The notes under the pieces: model-generated | Seen by the model: only the letters and a program-made list of their open reading frames with translations | What the model was told of the DNA's origin: nothing | Database searches by the model: none | NCBI GenBank assembly: GCA_023231475.1 | Contig: JALJEE010001928.1 | Coordinates: 1-55,354, forward strand | Direction: 5' to 3' | Length of the DNA stretch: 55,354 nt | From: Seison nebaliae | Taxonomy: Eukaryota | Made by a program: the position numbers and the translations under genes | Shown here: piece by piece, positions 26,144-41,100 of the stretch | Layout: each line of letters begins with the position of its first letter | How positions within the stretch are numbered: position 1 is the stretch's first letter

Positions 26144-29071
26144 TTATATTTTATATTTTTTTGCATCAACTAAAAGATTGTGATGTGAAATGATGGAGAG
26201 TGATCGATATTTCCCCATCAATAACTGACGTATTTCTGTTTGCGATGTAATTTGTGACATTTTCCGATGATGATCGATGAACGTTTGAACAATTAACTTC
26301 GCAAATGGAAAATTTAGTTGAATCTTCACAAGATATTTACGAAAAGGGAAAAACTTGTAGAAGATTTGATGAATTGACACTGTCAATAAACGCTTCCGAT
26401 ATTGATCGATGAATATTATCTAACGCTGATCTCCATTCAGCGTTGAAATGTTTAATGACTCCGATTAATTCTCCTTCATGTTCTTTCACCTTCACAATTG
26501 ATTTGTAGTTAAGAAGAACGATTAAAAGAAGAAATCTAACAATAATTGAAGCTACTTTTGTTTGTTTTTCATTTTCATTCAAATCCGATTGTTCATTAAA
26601 CGAATTGAGACGATTCGAATAAATGTTTATAAAATCTATTAATGGTCCGATGTAGTTCCGTAACGTCTCGTTGACATATTCATTGATATTGGGACGTAAA
26701 AGTGATGACCATTCAATAATACAATCTTCTAAATATTTTCCACGATCATTCATTGCTATTTGTAATTTTAAAGTTTCATTCGTATTCCTTAAATGAGTTC
26801 CGTCTTCTGGAAAATGTGTCTAGAAAATGAGGGTAAAGAGATGATGATGATGGAAATGATGAAAATTAAACTGATATCGATTTGATGATATGATTAACAT
26901 TATTGATGAGAAATACAAGTTGTTTCATTCGATCACTGTGATTGGATGCGATAAGAAGTAAAACATTCTCCATTTCGCTATTCATTGTCATCAAATTAAC
27001 TTTCATTCGATCATGACCATCAGTTATGGAGAAATATCCGATAGAATAAATTGTTGAAATGAAATGAGCAAATCTCTTCACAAACTATTCAGAAATATGA
27101 TTAAATTCTTCAAAAATATTATTAACTGGATGGATGGTATTATGGAAATTATCATTCATTTGTTTGGAGAGATGTATCTGTGAATTGGAAATACTTCTCG
27201 AATGGAGTTGCATAGTAATGTCGATTTTGGGCCAAATGATTCCCCATTCTTTTTTAATAAATCTTATTAAGATCATTTAAGGAATTTAATTAAACATTCA
27301 GAAGAATAATGTGAATTAATAACTTGTGGAATGCAGAGTAGAGAGTTAAATCTAAATTCTTTCCAAAACGATTCAACAAAACCACACAAATATAGAGAAG
27401 ATGTACATCGTGATGAGTATTAGTCAATAGATGTTCTTTTGTCAATTGATGTAAAGCGTTGAATGTTGATTCGAAAATACTTCCACATACTTCATCATTG
27501 ACATTCGTTGAATCGGTTGAAGGAAGGAGGAAGAAATCGTTCAAGAAACATTTCTCTCGTTCATAATTTTCTAATAAAGCAAACAACAGACTTCGATAAG
27601 CGATATCGAATGAAAACTGGAAATTTCAGAATTGTCGAATATTTCTTCTAAACATTTCTAACTTTATTCACAATTGCATGTGGAACAAGTGGAGGAGCAT
27701 CAATATAATCATTCATCAAAATTTCATGTCTATCATCTAATTATCGATAAATGAATGAACAAATCTCTCGGAAATAATAAATAAACCAATATCATAAATA
27801 GAAACGACTTCTTGATTATCTTTAGCTTCTTCTGTTGTTGAATTGAAGAATAATGATCCGAAAACATTTTTTGCTGTATTTTTAATAGATCGAAAATCTT
27901 TCTGATAAATATCTCCCAATAAATCATTCCGATTCTCATAAAACATCATACACTAGAGAAGAAGATTATTGAATTTAGAATCGATTGAAATTATTAACTG
28001 AATGACGATAAAGTTTAGTGGCATATAAGCGAAAATAATTTGCATGTAATTTATCCATAACTTCCACATAAATGCGACGAATATTCTCTCCGAGAATAGG
28101 TTGATGTGTTTGAAGGAAAGCGAAAATGAATCGATTCTTTATTAAACTTTCCTTCATCAATTCATAATTTACCTGATCTTTCTTCAATTGTTGTAATTTA
28201 TCAACGAGATGATCCTTTATTCGTTGAAGTGCCTATTTTTATTATCAGAAGATTAATCTCTTTCACTTACAAATTAATATATTTGAAACTTTTATTTTCA
28301 ATTGATTCAATAACGGTTCGATTTCATCACAAGCTCTTCCTCCATTCGTCAATTGTTGTTGTTGTTGAACGAACAACAATTTATGATGAAGTTCATGAAG
28401 ACTCTCGATGAATTGTTGCGATAAAATGTTATTATTCTTTCGATTTCCATCAACATTCGAATCAATATCATCTTCCATAATTGAACTTTGTATAATTGAA
28501 ATATTGATCACTCTTTCAACATTCAATCAACTAACCAAACCAGATTCTTTGGAATGATCAATTCATTAACAAATTGATTTAATTCATTTTTTATGGCACG
28601 TCGATTCTTCAATCGAATATTCATCTTCACCGATTGTCCTTGTAATGTCTGAATTTCTTGACTAATTCCACTCAAATTCGATTCGAACGTTGTTAACATT
28701 GATTCCATGCGCTTTATTAGAAAACTTATTTACATATAAGTGAAATGTGGTATAACTTGGAGAATTTCATCACACTTAACAATTTGATGATGAAGTTGAA
28801 GGACGTTTTTGGATTCGTTAATATCTACATAAAATATCAATTTCAGATCGAAAAACTAAGAAACAGTCTTTTATTGATTCGTTTTCGATATGGTTCAATT
28901 CTTTATCGATCTTCTTCGATTGACTCTCAACGTCTTCATTCTACAGTTTTTTTCTTTATTAAAATCACAATTTGAAAAGTAATAATCATGAACTTCTGAT
29001 AGTTCCAAGTCCAAATCTTCCATATTTTTCATGATATCCATTATGTTCGTTTCTTTCATCTCCATCGTCAT
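26144..29071 (-). CDS. VPS52: Vacuolar protein sorting 52 (GARP/EARP subunit), about 14 exons; start codon uncertain
   Basis: IENESIKDYINESKNVLQLHHQIVKCDEILQRMESMLTTFESNLSGISQEIQTLQGQSVKMNIRLKNRRAI..RACDEIEPLLNQLKIKA..IWPKIDITMQLHSRSI..HPFVKRFAHF..QLVFLINN..FNAEWRSALDNI..ISHHNLLVDAKKYK match VPS52 motifs in order. Confidence 0.93.
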
Positions 29072-29945
29072 GTCCTTGTCATTTGTCTCTAAATATCATA
29101 CTTAATTATTATTTCTAATTCTTTTTTTTTCAGCCGGCAATTTCAAGTTATTAACTAATTTCAATAGTACTTCTAAAATACAGACTTATTCTAGTAATCC
29201 CAAATCCCCCTTGTTCATATCGATTGTAGAAAATCATCTCAGACGTTTCTTTTTCCTAAGATAGTACGAAAAAAAGGAAGCTACCCCCAATTTTTTTAAT
29301 GCCCAATTTAATAATGAAGAGAGAAAGGTGCTTAGTAAAGAGAAACTTCGGAGATACTTTGTATTTAACGTTTATATCAGTCATGATTCTACATAATTAT
29401 CCATAATTCTAATCTAATTACATCTAATAATCTATTATTTTGATATGATAACTGATAAATTAAGTTTCTTATTTTTTACAAAGTTACTGTGCAGCGATTT
29501 TTCAATACATCGAATTTCCGATTATTATTAATGATATAATTAATACGTTATAAATTATATGTTATATTATTTGAAGTTTATAAGGTAAGATTAACTATAA
29601 CTTATTCTAATACAACTGTATTAATTTCTGTGTTTAAAAATTTCGAACTATTCGAATTTAAGTTAAGTTATTCGTTTAACAAGTCTCTTTATAAATAGAA
29701 AAGTTGAAAATATTAAAAAAAATAAGATCGATGTTTAGGTGGATTTTGAAAAGAATCTAGATATATGGAAATATCGGTTTGATGTGGTCGTTGTAAAAAT
29801 ATCTAGGGAAGTATTTTTCTCCAGTTCTTTAAACGAACCGCCAAAGTTGCTCTAAGATATTGGAGGAGTAGTTAAAATAGAAATGGAAGTCAATTTCGTA
29901 GATGAAAGCAAAAAGGGCGAAGTTAAGAAAATAATTTACCGGATG

Positions 29946-32107
29946 TCAATTTTCTTGATATAGTTGAGAGATGTTGTCAAAGGTTGAATTGTAATATCGG
30001 AGGAAGATAATCGGAGCAATTCCCCACATAATCACATTGCATGAAATATTGAATCCGAGAAACATGAAGAAGACAAGACGATTTAAAATTGTTAAATCTT
30101 CTCTGATGGAATCGATATCTTGAGGAATGCTTGTACCCATTGACGCCACAACTGACGTGTCAATTGAAGGCCAACTTCGCTTGCGATCTTGTGTTGAATC
30201 AAAAGATTTATTCAGAGCACATTGACTTCCTAATTTACTCTTTCTACTTCTGATATCATAGACAGTGGATGATCTATATATATTGGAGAGAAATGTGAAG
30301 AAAAATTTTCTTATAATTTTCTAACTCGATATATTTTTTGGAAGGATGATATTTGTCCATTTTTCTATTTTTCCTCGGTAAGGCGAGAGATAATTCATTT
30401 TTCTGTTCCTTTCATAAATCTAATTAAAATTTAGAGTTATTTAAATTAAACTTCATTCATTTTTTGGAGGTCGTTCTCCGAAATATTTTTCGCGATATAT
30501 TCGACCCAATCCGGTTGCATACCCTCCGATTGTAGCCACACAGTAGCGTATTGGGATGCGGTTTGATTCCGTCGATTAAGAGGACCATCTTCTGGTTCAT
30601 CTGATGAATCCATACGATGATTGGTACTGAAAAAAAAACAGTTATAAACTGTTCAGTTATAAAATGGAAAACTGGTCAAAAATCTTTTTGAGAGGATGTC
30701 CAACGGCATGAATTTTCGAGAAACTTTTAGAAGGATTTGTTGAATTTCTAATTCGATTATATTTCGACATTTCCTTTTTATTCTTATTCCGACTAGTTAA
30801 TTTGGAAGGACGAACAAAACATGAACGCCAAATGAGTAGAATAGTTCGAAAGAATTGAGGTATTCGTTTGTTTTCTTGAAGTTTGTTAAAGTAACTGAAC
30901 CAGACCATAGCACAAATGGAGAATCCCATACATTGGGTTAAATAGATTGATATCCAAGGGACAGATTCACTTTGTGTTGGTAACATTTTACCTAAACTCA
31001 AAGCATACAATGAATATCCGAGCATGATGGAAATGCCTGTGAAGGAGGAAGATATGAGTCAATCATTAATTAAGGAAGAAAAACCCATTTGCATTTCTTG
31101 TTGGAAGGGAATGAAGAATGAAACGAGAGTTAAAGTTGTCAACATTAATGTAGGCAAAACGGAATTATAGATGACATGAAGCGGCTTCCTCCTCACATAA
31201 AGAGAATAATAAATTTCACTGAAACTATAATTCTCGAATTTCCAAGCAGCGTAATATGTCTCCGCTCGTCTTCCTGTCATACCTAGAATGATGGATATTG
31301 ATATTAATCAATTTTCTTCATCAAATAACGAACCGATGATACTCCATTCGGAATTCGGTACAACTTCCGACAAATCGACAATCTCCGTTTTTACCGTATA
31401 GTTTAAGAATTTTGTAGAATGTGACCATGAACCGAACATTAAATCACATTTTTGTTCATCAAACGGAAACCAGTGAATTGTCATGCGACATCTCATTCTC
31501 ATTTTGGCCATTGGTGTCCCCCAAAATACCGTTCCATTATTTTGGACAATTGCATAGAGATATTGAGAGGGTGATAAAAAGCCTCGTTCATCTGCCGTCT
31601 TGTACATGAATGTATCGGGTGTCCATAAATCAGTTGTTGGAATTCGGAGAAAATTTGAATTATAAGTGTCCGTGTCCCAAACTAATCGATTATCTGTCCA
31701 TTTCTGATCGACGAAAGCGTTTATGACAATTACTTGATCCGTTTCAATCATATAAACTATTTGATTCATATTAATATTTAATTCAATCTAAAAATAAGAA
31801 AGAAAGTTATTTGAAAATCAAATCTAATTTTAACATGTACAGTTCCGTAAGGACGTTGATTGGAATCATATCTCGGTTTTGCTATTAGTCTTTTGATCAA
31901 TGCTTCTTCTTGATTGTCGTTCGAGTTTAAATCGGCTTGATTATTCGAATGATAACCGATTGGTCGTTGTTGATTGACAAGAACAATATTTTGATGGAAT
32001 TGTACTTTATCTTTTTGCGATATATTCGAATAAATTTTTGGGTCGTTGATATATGCATAGATGTCCCGAAAGATTACTACTTGGATAAGCAGATTATATA
32101 ACTGCAT
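29946..32107 (-). CDS. Divergent nAChR-like Cys-loop ion channel subunit 1 (non-alpha), 7 coding exons
   Basis: RYDSNQRP..DQKWTDNRLVW..LWTPDTFMY..CRMTIHWFPFDEQKC..FGSWSHS..RRKPL..M1-M3..LPTQSESVPWISIY..M4 ILNRLVFFMF; six introns keep the frame. Confidence 0.92.
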
Positions 32108-35100
32108 AGCTGTGAAAAGAAAAGAAAAGAAATGATACATTTAAAGCAAGTTGGATTATATTTATCAGATTATTGAAAAACAGTGAGAATATGTCTTGAA
32201 ATTTCCATCGGATAGATAATCTTTTAAATAATGTATAAACTTGTAACTCATTCACTAGTATTAGTTAAGATGCGATCTTGTTGGAAGATTCGAACTAGTT
32301 ATTATTTTTGGACATAATCTCTCCTTATAAATCTATCCTCCTTATCTAATATATATATTTATCCAACTTCTTGAAAAGTTAAGGACTGAAAATTTCTTTT
32401 CTGTAAATATGCTTCCAAGTGGATGTTTATTATTTCAATTAAGATTAATCATTAACGATAAATTATGTAATTTATGATTTTGAATGATTTTTACTTTCGG
32501 TAAGAATCGTCTGGTAAAATGTTGTCAGAGAAAACATACGTCGTTCAGGTCGAACATTTCGAGAGAATGATTGTTAATTAGTAATATTGACTAAATGAAG
32601 TGTCTAAAGTGACCGATTATAAATGGGAAAATGAGTTCTTCCTCTTTTTTCACAATGAGCAAATGGAATCAAATGTGAGTGAGATGTGGAGACGAGTAGC
32701 CTTAGATAAGATTTTAAAATAAATAAAGACATAAATGTGATCGTTAAATAATTTGTGCGGATAAACTGTCGGAGATGAACATAATAAAACCTATTCGTTC
32801 TGTTTCTTATGATTTTTTGATGCGCACACGTCTAAATATGGTGAAATAGAATTGTTCGAATGATGAAATCGACGTACAACATCTAGAATTACATACGATT
32901 TCGACCATACATATATATATCAATAAATGGCATGGAGCGATCGATTTCATTCGTACGAAGCAAACTGAAGGAAGAAAGGAATTGTTGCAATTCCTTTCCT
33001 TCCAAAATTAGTAACAAATAAATGAAAGTGTTCGGCAAATGTCATATAAAAAGGTTAGTCGTTTCTTATTCTACCTGTGTGTAAGAAAATTCCTACTTAA
33101 GAAGTATTATTACATCATTTTTCGGATACCATCTGATTTCATCAATGTCATAAGTTTTCCTTTTATCGATGTTCTGTTTTCAATTATCATTTACACTATC
33201 TTCCTATATTGTCTTCCTTCTACTCTCCTTACCCTCCCGAAAACACTTGTAACAGAAACACAAGTTCTCAAGCAGTGTCGTAGCATTAATAAACATTCGA
33301 TCAACATTAGAACCGGATTGATGTTCTTTTCTCCACTGTCATGATTCTTTCGATATATGATTATTACGTAATAAATCAATATTTAATAGGCTAGAAATCC
33401 GTTAAAAATGGAACAATTGAAGAAAATTAAGCATAGAATATGTATTTGTATATGTGTGTAAAATTTGCATTTTTTTTATTAGAACAATTCTAATCCGAAA
33501 TTCAAGTAACTATAATATGTTTCGGATACTTAAATCGAATTGTCTTTTTCAGAACTTTAAATGAACAGTCGTTGTTTAAGAAATTACTTTGATAATTTCT
33601 TCCGTTTTACGAATAACGATATTCTTTCCATGACATGTGCATAACTAATATATTCTTAGGGTTGCTTTTAATGTACCAAATTGGAATTCATTCAACCTTT
33701 CCTTTCGATGGTTGGAAGGAAATAATGAAACTTTTGACTTTTCTATATTACTACTTTCATTTTATCGAATTATGATCAAGAATGAATAAATATAGTTTTG
33801 CACTAAACTATGTGAAAAGGTTAATTTTAAAAAAGGAATACGTACAAGTGACAACAATCATCCAAAAACCGACCACTAATTATAGTGATATGTGTGAGTG
33901 AGTGGATTCATATGAGACAATCAAATATTGCGAATATTCATTAACATTGTAAATTACGTGTTGATCGTGTTAGAAAATTTATTATATTATATCGAAATTG
34001 CATTTCACATCATTCGGTTGGAATGAGAAGATGAAGAAAGGAACATGGTAAGGATAAGTCGAAGACGTTCGACTGGTATCCAAAATGTTGGATTGTGCAC
34101 ATGGACATAAAAGCGTATCGCTCAACGAAAATATACGCAGCGTATGTGAATATGTGTGCACAGTCTCCTATTATGCTGCTCATGAACATTGTACGTATCT
34201 GTAAATAAATAAAATACAACATCTTAAGTTGTTGAGTCAAATTTTTACCTTTTTTGCACAGCATTATATGTGAAAAATAAATGTTTTGATCTATTGTTCT
34301 CTTATGAGCAAATTTCATTCTTTCACTTCTCTAACGACTCTTAACTACCACTGAAAACGTAATAGGAAAGCTTAGTGAAGAAAATTTTCTGTTCCTATAT
34401 TCCTTTAATCCATATATGGGATATTATGTATATCCATTTAATTAGAATCATTCATTCACTCACCTACCCACTCACTCACTCATTCTTGCCATTTTCAATT
34501 TTTCCATGGAACTACAATTCGTTTGACTTTATTCGTTTAGAACCGTTTGGACGACATTGAAAATCGTTTGTCCTAATATTTTTTTTAAAGTTTTCTCCGG
34601 TTGCCGAAAACGGATGTTAATAAGAAATTATGGAAGTGTCTGTTCATTCATATCCCTGTTCCGTTGATCCATTGTTACATTTGGAATTGGACGAAAAAGT
34701 TGCAATAAAATAGAATAAGAAAAAAAAACAGAAGAAACATGATGGAACGTGAAATATAAAAGAATTAACTCGGAAATTGTGTGCGATATGGAGAATTCAT
34801 CTTGTCATACAATAGAGGAATACATGCCATAAATTAATGATAATAATAAATGATTAACTTCGATAAGTTCTCTTCAGCTTCTTCGACTCATTTTTTCCTC
34901 ATCCTTTCCTTTAATATGTATCACTTTGTTACCATTACACTTACAAGAGAGGAAGAGTTGGATAAAAGTAAAATTGGAGAAATTTAGCTCATTTATTTCA
35001 CATTCCTTCTTTTATAATTTGATAAGAGCAACTTATTTAACGATCATTCTTTCAATATTCTGTCTGATCGTCGGATAAGTGTTGCTTACGATGTTGATTC

Positions 35101-38100
35101 TCATTCTTGGACAAAATAAAACTGTTTATCTATTCATTTCCCGCGTCGCATGAAAACTGTGCTTACGTCAAACGTCGGCCTTGTCTTCCCCCATGGAGAA
35201 TTTTGACGTTATCTCTTGAAAAGGAAAGTGTTGCGATTAATTAATTAAATTAATTCGACAACGATAATGGATAGAAGTTGATTGTAGTAATAATATGAGA
35301 GAACGAACGATGATATAACGAACAAATACGATTAAAGGAGAATGAAAGAAAAATTAAAGAAATAACCAAGTGTTGAATAAATAAATGAACTTGTTAGAGT
35401 CCTGAAAATGAAATCGCAAAATTTTCTAGTCTATTATGGAAAAGATTGTCTAATTCAATTAGCCATTACATCGTATAATCATCTATTCATTATCATTTAG
35501 ATGTTAAACAGTCGAACAAATGTCAAGTAATTCGGTCTACTTCTTAACCAAAAGAAAGTTGATTACAAAATGTTTCATTGTTTGATCTGGTGAGTTGAGA
35601 ATATTCTTGAAAATGCTCGTTTTTGAGAATATTTCCAAAACGTATATTAAACCAACACATTTCATCTACTGGATGAATATATCGATCTATCCAATTAATC
35701 TCTTGTTATTACATAAATGAATAAAGTAAAACGAACATGTAAAAACGAACATGAATTTACATGATAATAAACTTGTAGTATGTTTTGTTAACGTTTTTAT
35801 AATTATTCAATTATTCCTCATTTTTCAATAAGATAAATTTTTTATCTTAAGTCTTTTTACTTAAAATGCTCATATAATGCTCTCATAATCTAAGTACAGT
35901 ATCAATAAATATCTTTACAAATTATCATAATATTTTACTTAAATCATTAATTCTTTCCTCCTAATACGGAATGGGGTTGTTATTTTTTGGAAATACCATA
36001 TCATGATTTAGCCAGATACTTACACCTTTTTCCTTTACACATTTCTTAATTTTTACGAAGATTTTTTTACACAAATTTCTGTCGAAATAGATTAGACTGC
36101 TAAATAGAATGGATCGTGTCAGTAAATTTTATTAAAATCTTCATTATTTTGATGCTACACTAATATTCGCTAATTATCACTTATTATTATTATTATAGAA
36201 AGATTGAAAAACAGTTTCCTAATTCGTAAAACAGAAATCTTTAGGTTTTCGCTGACTAAAGTTGGTACTGTCATTTTGTTTTTTCAAATTAAGTTTCCCA
36301 TACTGATTATAACCAGATACCAATTACATACTGCATTTCATGCGTAATATTTTTTTACGCTGAATGTTTTCCTAATGATTTCCATGGGAAAAACATATTT
36401 TCATATTTGGAATCTGGAATCTAGAATTGAACAACCGTTCGAAAGGTAAGATGGATAAAAATAATTGTAGATCGGGAGATAATTCTAATACATTTTTTAT
36501 TATGAAGACTCTTCATTGAAGAGATATTAAGATTATGAATTTTTGCATAGAAAATTTTTTTTTGGAAAACATCAACAATGTTTCTTTGGCATAAATAATC
36601 GATTTATCTTGGCAGAATCTAAAAGTATCTCGATTTTAACTAACATTATTCAAAGTCCAGGATTTGGACAACATTCTAAATGTTTAATCCGAATATTAAT
36701 TGATGTAAGAACTCACTAATTCCTGACCTTTATAGGAACATGATTATGGTTAGAGAGATGCAATCCAAAATCATAGGCATCGTACATGTGAAATCAGTGA
36801 TCTTTTCATTTGTTTGATGAAAATTCGAGATGTTATTTATGAATGTTAATCGATCTATTAATGGAAGGGATCATACTAACATTTTTTGAATAAAGTTTTC
36901 AAGAAAATGTTTGTTGACTTGTTTTGGTGAGTGTTAGTTCAGAAAATACGAAAAGTATATATCGAACTTTTCTTTCATTTGTCGAAATGAGACTGCAGTT
37001 GACAGATGAGAATAAGATTGATATTCATTATTATATTTTCTTTATAGTATTAATATCATTAGAGTAATTGCAGTAGAGGGATTATTGAGATCTTTTTAAT
37101 CATACGAATTATACCATAATTTTACTGCACTTCCGTTCAGTTTTCACATCAGCAATTAGAGACAGGTGGGAAAATGAAGATGATGCGCGAGAAAGGTTCG
37201 ATATGTTTATCTTTCGTATTGATGAGTACATCGTAATAATGTCAGATAAGGTTGGGTTTATTCGTTGTAATGAAAGACATTTCAATTTTAATGTTTATCA
37301 TCGAAATTGTGTTATGTAGATGTGATTGCAGTTGTTATTCGAGTAGTAGATGAAAATGGAGTTATTAGTGTCGTTCTTTATTCTCTGGAGAATGAGTGTT
37401 ACAAATAGAATGATTCGTTGGTGTTCATTTTGGTTTTGGATGAAAAAGAAATCGTAAAAAAGGATAAACCGACTGATTTTAAATAAAAACGAAGATTGGG
37501 TTTGTCGGTTGAGATTCGAAAAGATGAATAAATATATATGCAACTAGGAGACAAAAGGAAATGAATCATAGTAATTCCTTCGTGTTCATACAACAATCAA
37601 ACAGATAAAGATAAAACCGGAAAATATCTTAATTCCAAACATTAATTCTTTATTCATTTCTTCTGACAATAATTTTCCGTTTCTTGTCGAATATTCAATG
37701 CACACTCTCCTCTTCATTCCTGAAGCATTCCTTCCCACACAGACAAATTTGAATGTAATGTATAAGATAATTCTTCATAAGAATATGGAAATAAATTGTA
37801 TTTGTCAATAGTATTTATAATTGATCGCTTCCGAACTGATCTTTATTTAATATGATGCATCGAGCAACTATTCCCCTTCCTACTGTCAGATGAGATGCGA
37901 GAATCTTAAGTGGAGTGTATTTATGATCATAGATATTTGGGTTTGTTGCTTCTCCTTTTATTCAAGAGGAGATTGTCTCAATCCATTAAAACTATATGTT
38001 CCATCTAATTATGGATAGATTACGCTCATTTCGTATATAGTGCACGAATCGTTCATATCAGATGTTTTTTTCACTTCACCTGGATGAAGCGGGGGGATAG

Positions 38101-41100
38101 TATACAAATAACAATATAATTATGTTCCATTGCCTTTCTTTCTCACAATCCAATTCCACTAACAATTCCTTTGTAATACATCGATTTTATTCGTCTTTTA
38201 ATAATAATTTGGAAATATGTGCATTTACAATTCGTTCCAAGAAAGAACCGGCGCAATAACCAACGAATTCCCCTAATACCATTAGAATGAGAAGCAATGT
38301 GTAAGATCGTTGTAAATCCATGTAGGAAATTTGTTTGGAAACTACTTATTCTTCATATGTTGAGTCATCGAATATTTTCCTTCTTAATGATTTTTTCAGA
38401 TACATAATACATTTTATATCCACATAATACTGATTCATATCATCTAACGTAGATTTATTGATTAATAAACATCATTTATTACTAATAACGAATAAAGTAA
38501 TTTGCATATTCTACGTACTACTTTCCAAACGTTATTTACAAAGGATCTATCTTTTCTTCTCCATACAATCCGACCTGAAATAAATGTAAGCGATAAAACG
38601 GAGAAATGAAGTAATTAGGAGGAGAATATGGAATTCATGCAAAAGCTCCTCCCATACAACATCTGTCAGATATCGATTATATTTATGGCAAACGAACAGT
38701 CTACCACAAGAGATGCCAAGAGGATTAAGTGTCTAACTAATCCTTCTTCTTTTCATATTTCATAATATGGAGAGAGCATATATAACCGGTAATCAGTTAT
38801 ATAACTGGAGAAATACGTAACATTGAGTGTACTTTTCCAGCTTATTGAATCGTCGTTGCTCTGTATTCTTACCTGTCTTGTTTCAATCTAAATCTTTCGA
38901 AATGTTCATTTATTAACTGAACTCAAATTCACTATATGCACACTTCTTTCAATTGACCGTTCTTGACACAATCCATGATAATCTGGCTCTTCACAATCGA
39001 AAACTTCTTCAATTCGGATAAGTATCCAATAATTTTCAATTATATAAAATTTATTACAATTACATGAAACTTTTAGATCAATGTACGATTCTATTCAAAA
39101 TTCTCATTAAATATTTTTTCTATTTCTCACTCCATTAACTCTTCCAATGAACATCAATCTCCAGTTTTCAGTTTCTCGTCGATTATTTATACGTATCCGT
39201 CCCACTCCTGTTCTCAATCCGTACTAAATAAAATTATGATGGACATATATAACCTAGTACAACTAGTGAGGTGAGTTAATGTTTGAATATAAGTTTTGAA
39301 CTCTTAATATGTATGAAGTGAATGTTGTACGAAATTGAACAAGAATTGTTCAACACAAAACCAACCAATTGTTTTTATAAATCACTGAAAGGAAAGTTAA
39401 AAATAATTCTTTCGAACAATAAAGTTCACCTGTCGAAAGGTTAGATTGAAATATTATTGTTTTTTTCAGAGAAATATTTCTGTTTCCAATAGTTTCGTTA
39501 AATATTCATCATATTTACATTTTATGCATATGAATAGCGAAAAAATAATGTTCAGGAATGATTTTCGATTGATCATCATTTAAATATGAATTTCCATTTA
39601 ATCAATAAGTCGATGTAATCAATGACATAATGTTTCGTTGTTAGTTAAATTGATCTTTTAACTAAGAATCAGTCAACTTCATGAAAATTCAGGAGATAGC
39701 ATTAACAACGCAAAATGAAGGGCTCTCATCATATTTGTGAATGTCGAGTTTCAGTCTACACTGACAGTAAAGTTATTTACTCAACCTGGTTCGTTTTTGC
39801 TTCTCACGCTTAAAGTTACTATAAGAAGTCTAGCGCAAGTAATAAAGTCCTACATTTAAGAGATGATTAATTATAATTATTGACCTTTTTAATGAAGTGT
39901 TGTTTCTATTACGCACAGGCGCCTACAATAATATAGTGCGTCAAATGAAGCATCAACCATATTATTCTGATTTATGTGTGCACGTTCATATTTACAGGAC
40001 ACATGAAACATTATTATACAAGACAAAAGTATAAGATACACATATCATAGCCAAATGTGTTTCTCGAATCAAATTCTGTAGGAAAGCAAGCTTAAATGTG
40101 AACTGCATAATTCATTAAGTGAGATATTTATTTTTATTATTTACCGTTTAAGTTCATTATTCATGTTCGAATATATTATTGTTTATGTAATGTGATTCAG
40201 TTGTGATCATTGTCTGAAAGAATAAGACATGACTTTTGAGGAATTGTAAGATTCCTCAATAATTTCCTAGTTGAAAATTAAATTTTCAATTTTTAATTGC
40301 ATATATATATTCTACAAATTAATTTAGATTAATTACTATTTTTATTTTGTTTTCTAGCGCTTATACGAAACTACCTTCTCTCCAGGGTCTACATTAATCT
40401 ATATTATTTAATGTTCAATCTGTAACATTTGCTAATGGTAATCCCTTTTAATAATACTGATAGTCACAATATTCGATAGCATAATAATTCGATATTCTCC
40501 ACCGTCGAACGAATCCATTCATCAAATAACTTGTTTTCACGTTCATATCAATGACTGAGAGAAATGCAACTAAGACTACTAATTAGCACCATAAATGTTC
40601 GAAATATTCTCTAATAATCTGGCAAATTTTACTGGTGATTATTAATCATTAAGCAGTACATTTCTCGTACATGCAGAAGAATGTACGAGAAATGAGAAAA
40701 TTTAAAGATTTAGGAAATTCGATTTTTTATTCTTCTCGAAAATTTGCAGTTAGTTTCTTCCGAATTTTTAATAAGGGAAATTCTTACTAGTTAGTCACAA
40801 AAGGACGTAGTTGAATTACTAAAAGAATGTCTAGATTTATAATTTTAAAATTGGATATAATAATATTTGAGTAAATGGAGTGAAAAGTTTTATTTGTCAT
40901 TCTCCAACTTCTTTCAACAGTAGTTTTGTGAAATAGGAAGAATTGTTAATAGCATATTGTGCATGTAAATCAGAATTAAGAAAGAAAGTTATCGTAAATG
41001 AAAGATATGAAAAAGTATGGAAGTCTTATTTCAAAATTTGCAATTAGCTTTTGTTTCGTTCATAAAATGAATATGTTAGGACTCTCTACCTATCTTTATT

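Noticed and set aside
37271..37280. tgaaagacat resembling the 5' end of miR-71
   Set aside because: The match stops after 10 nt and I see no precursor hairpin.
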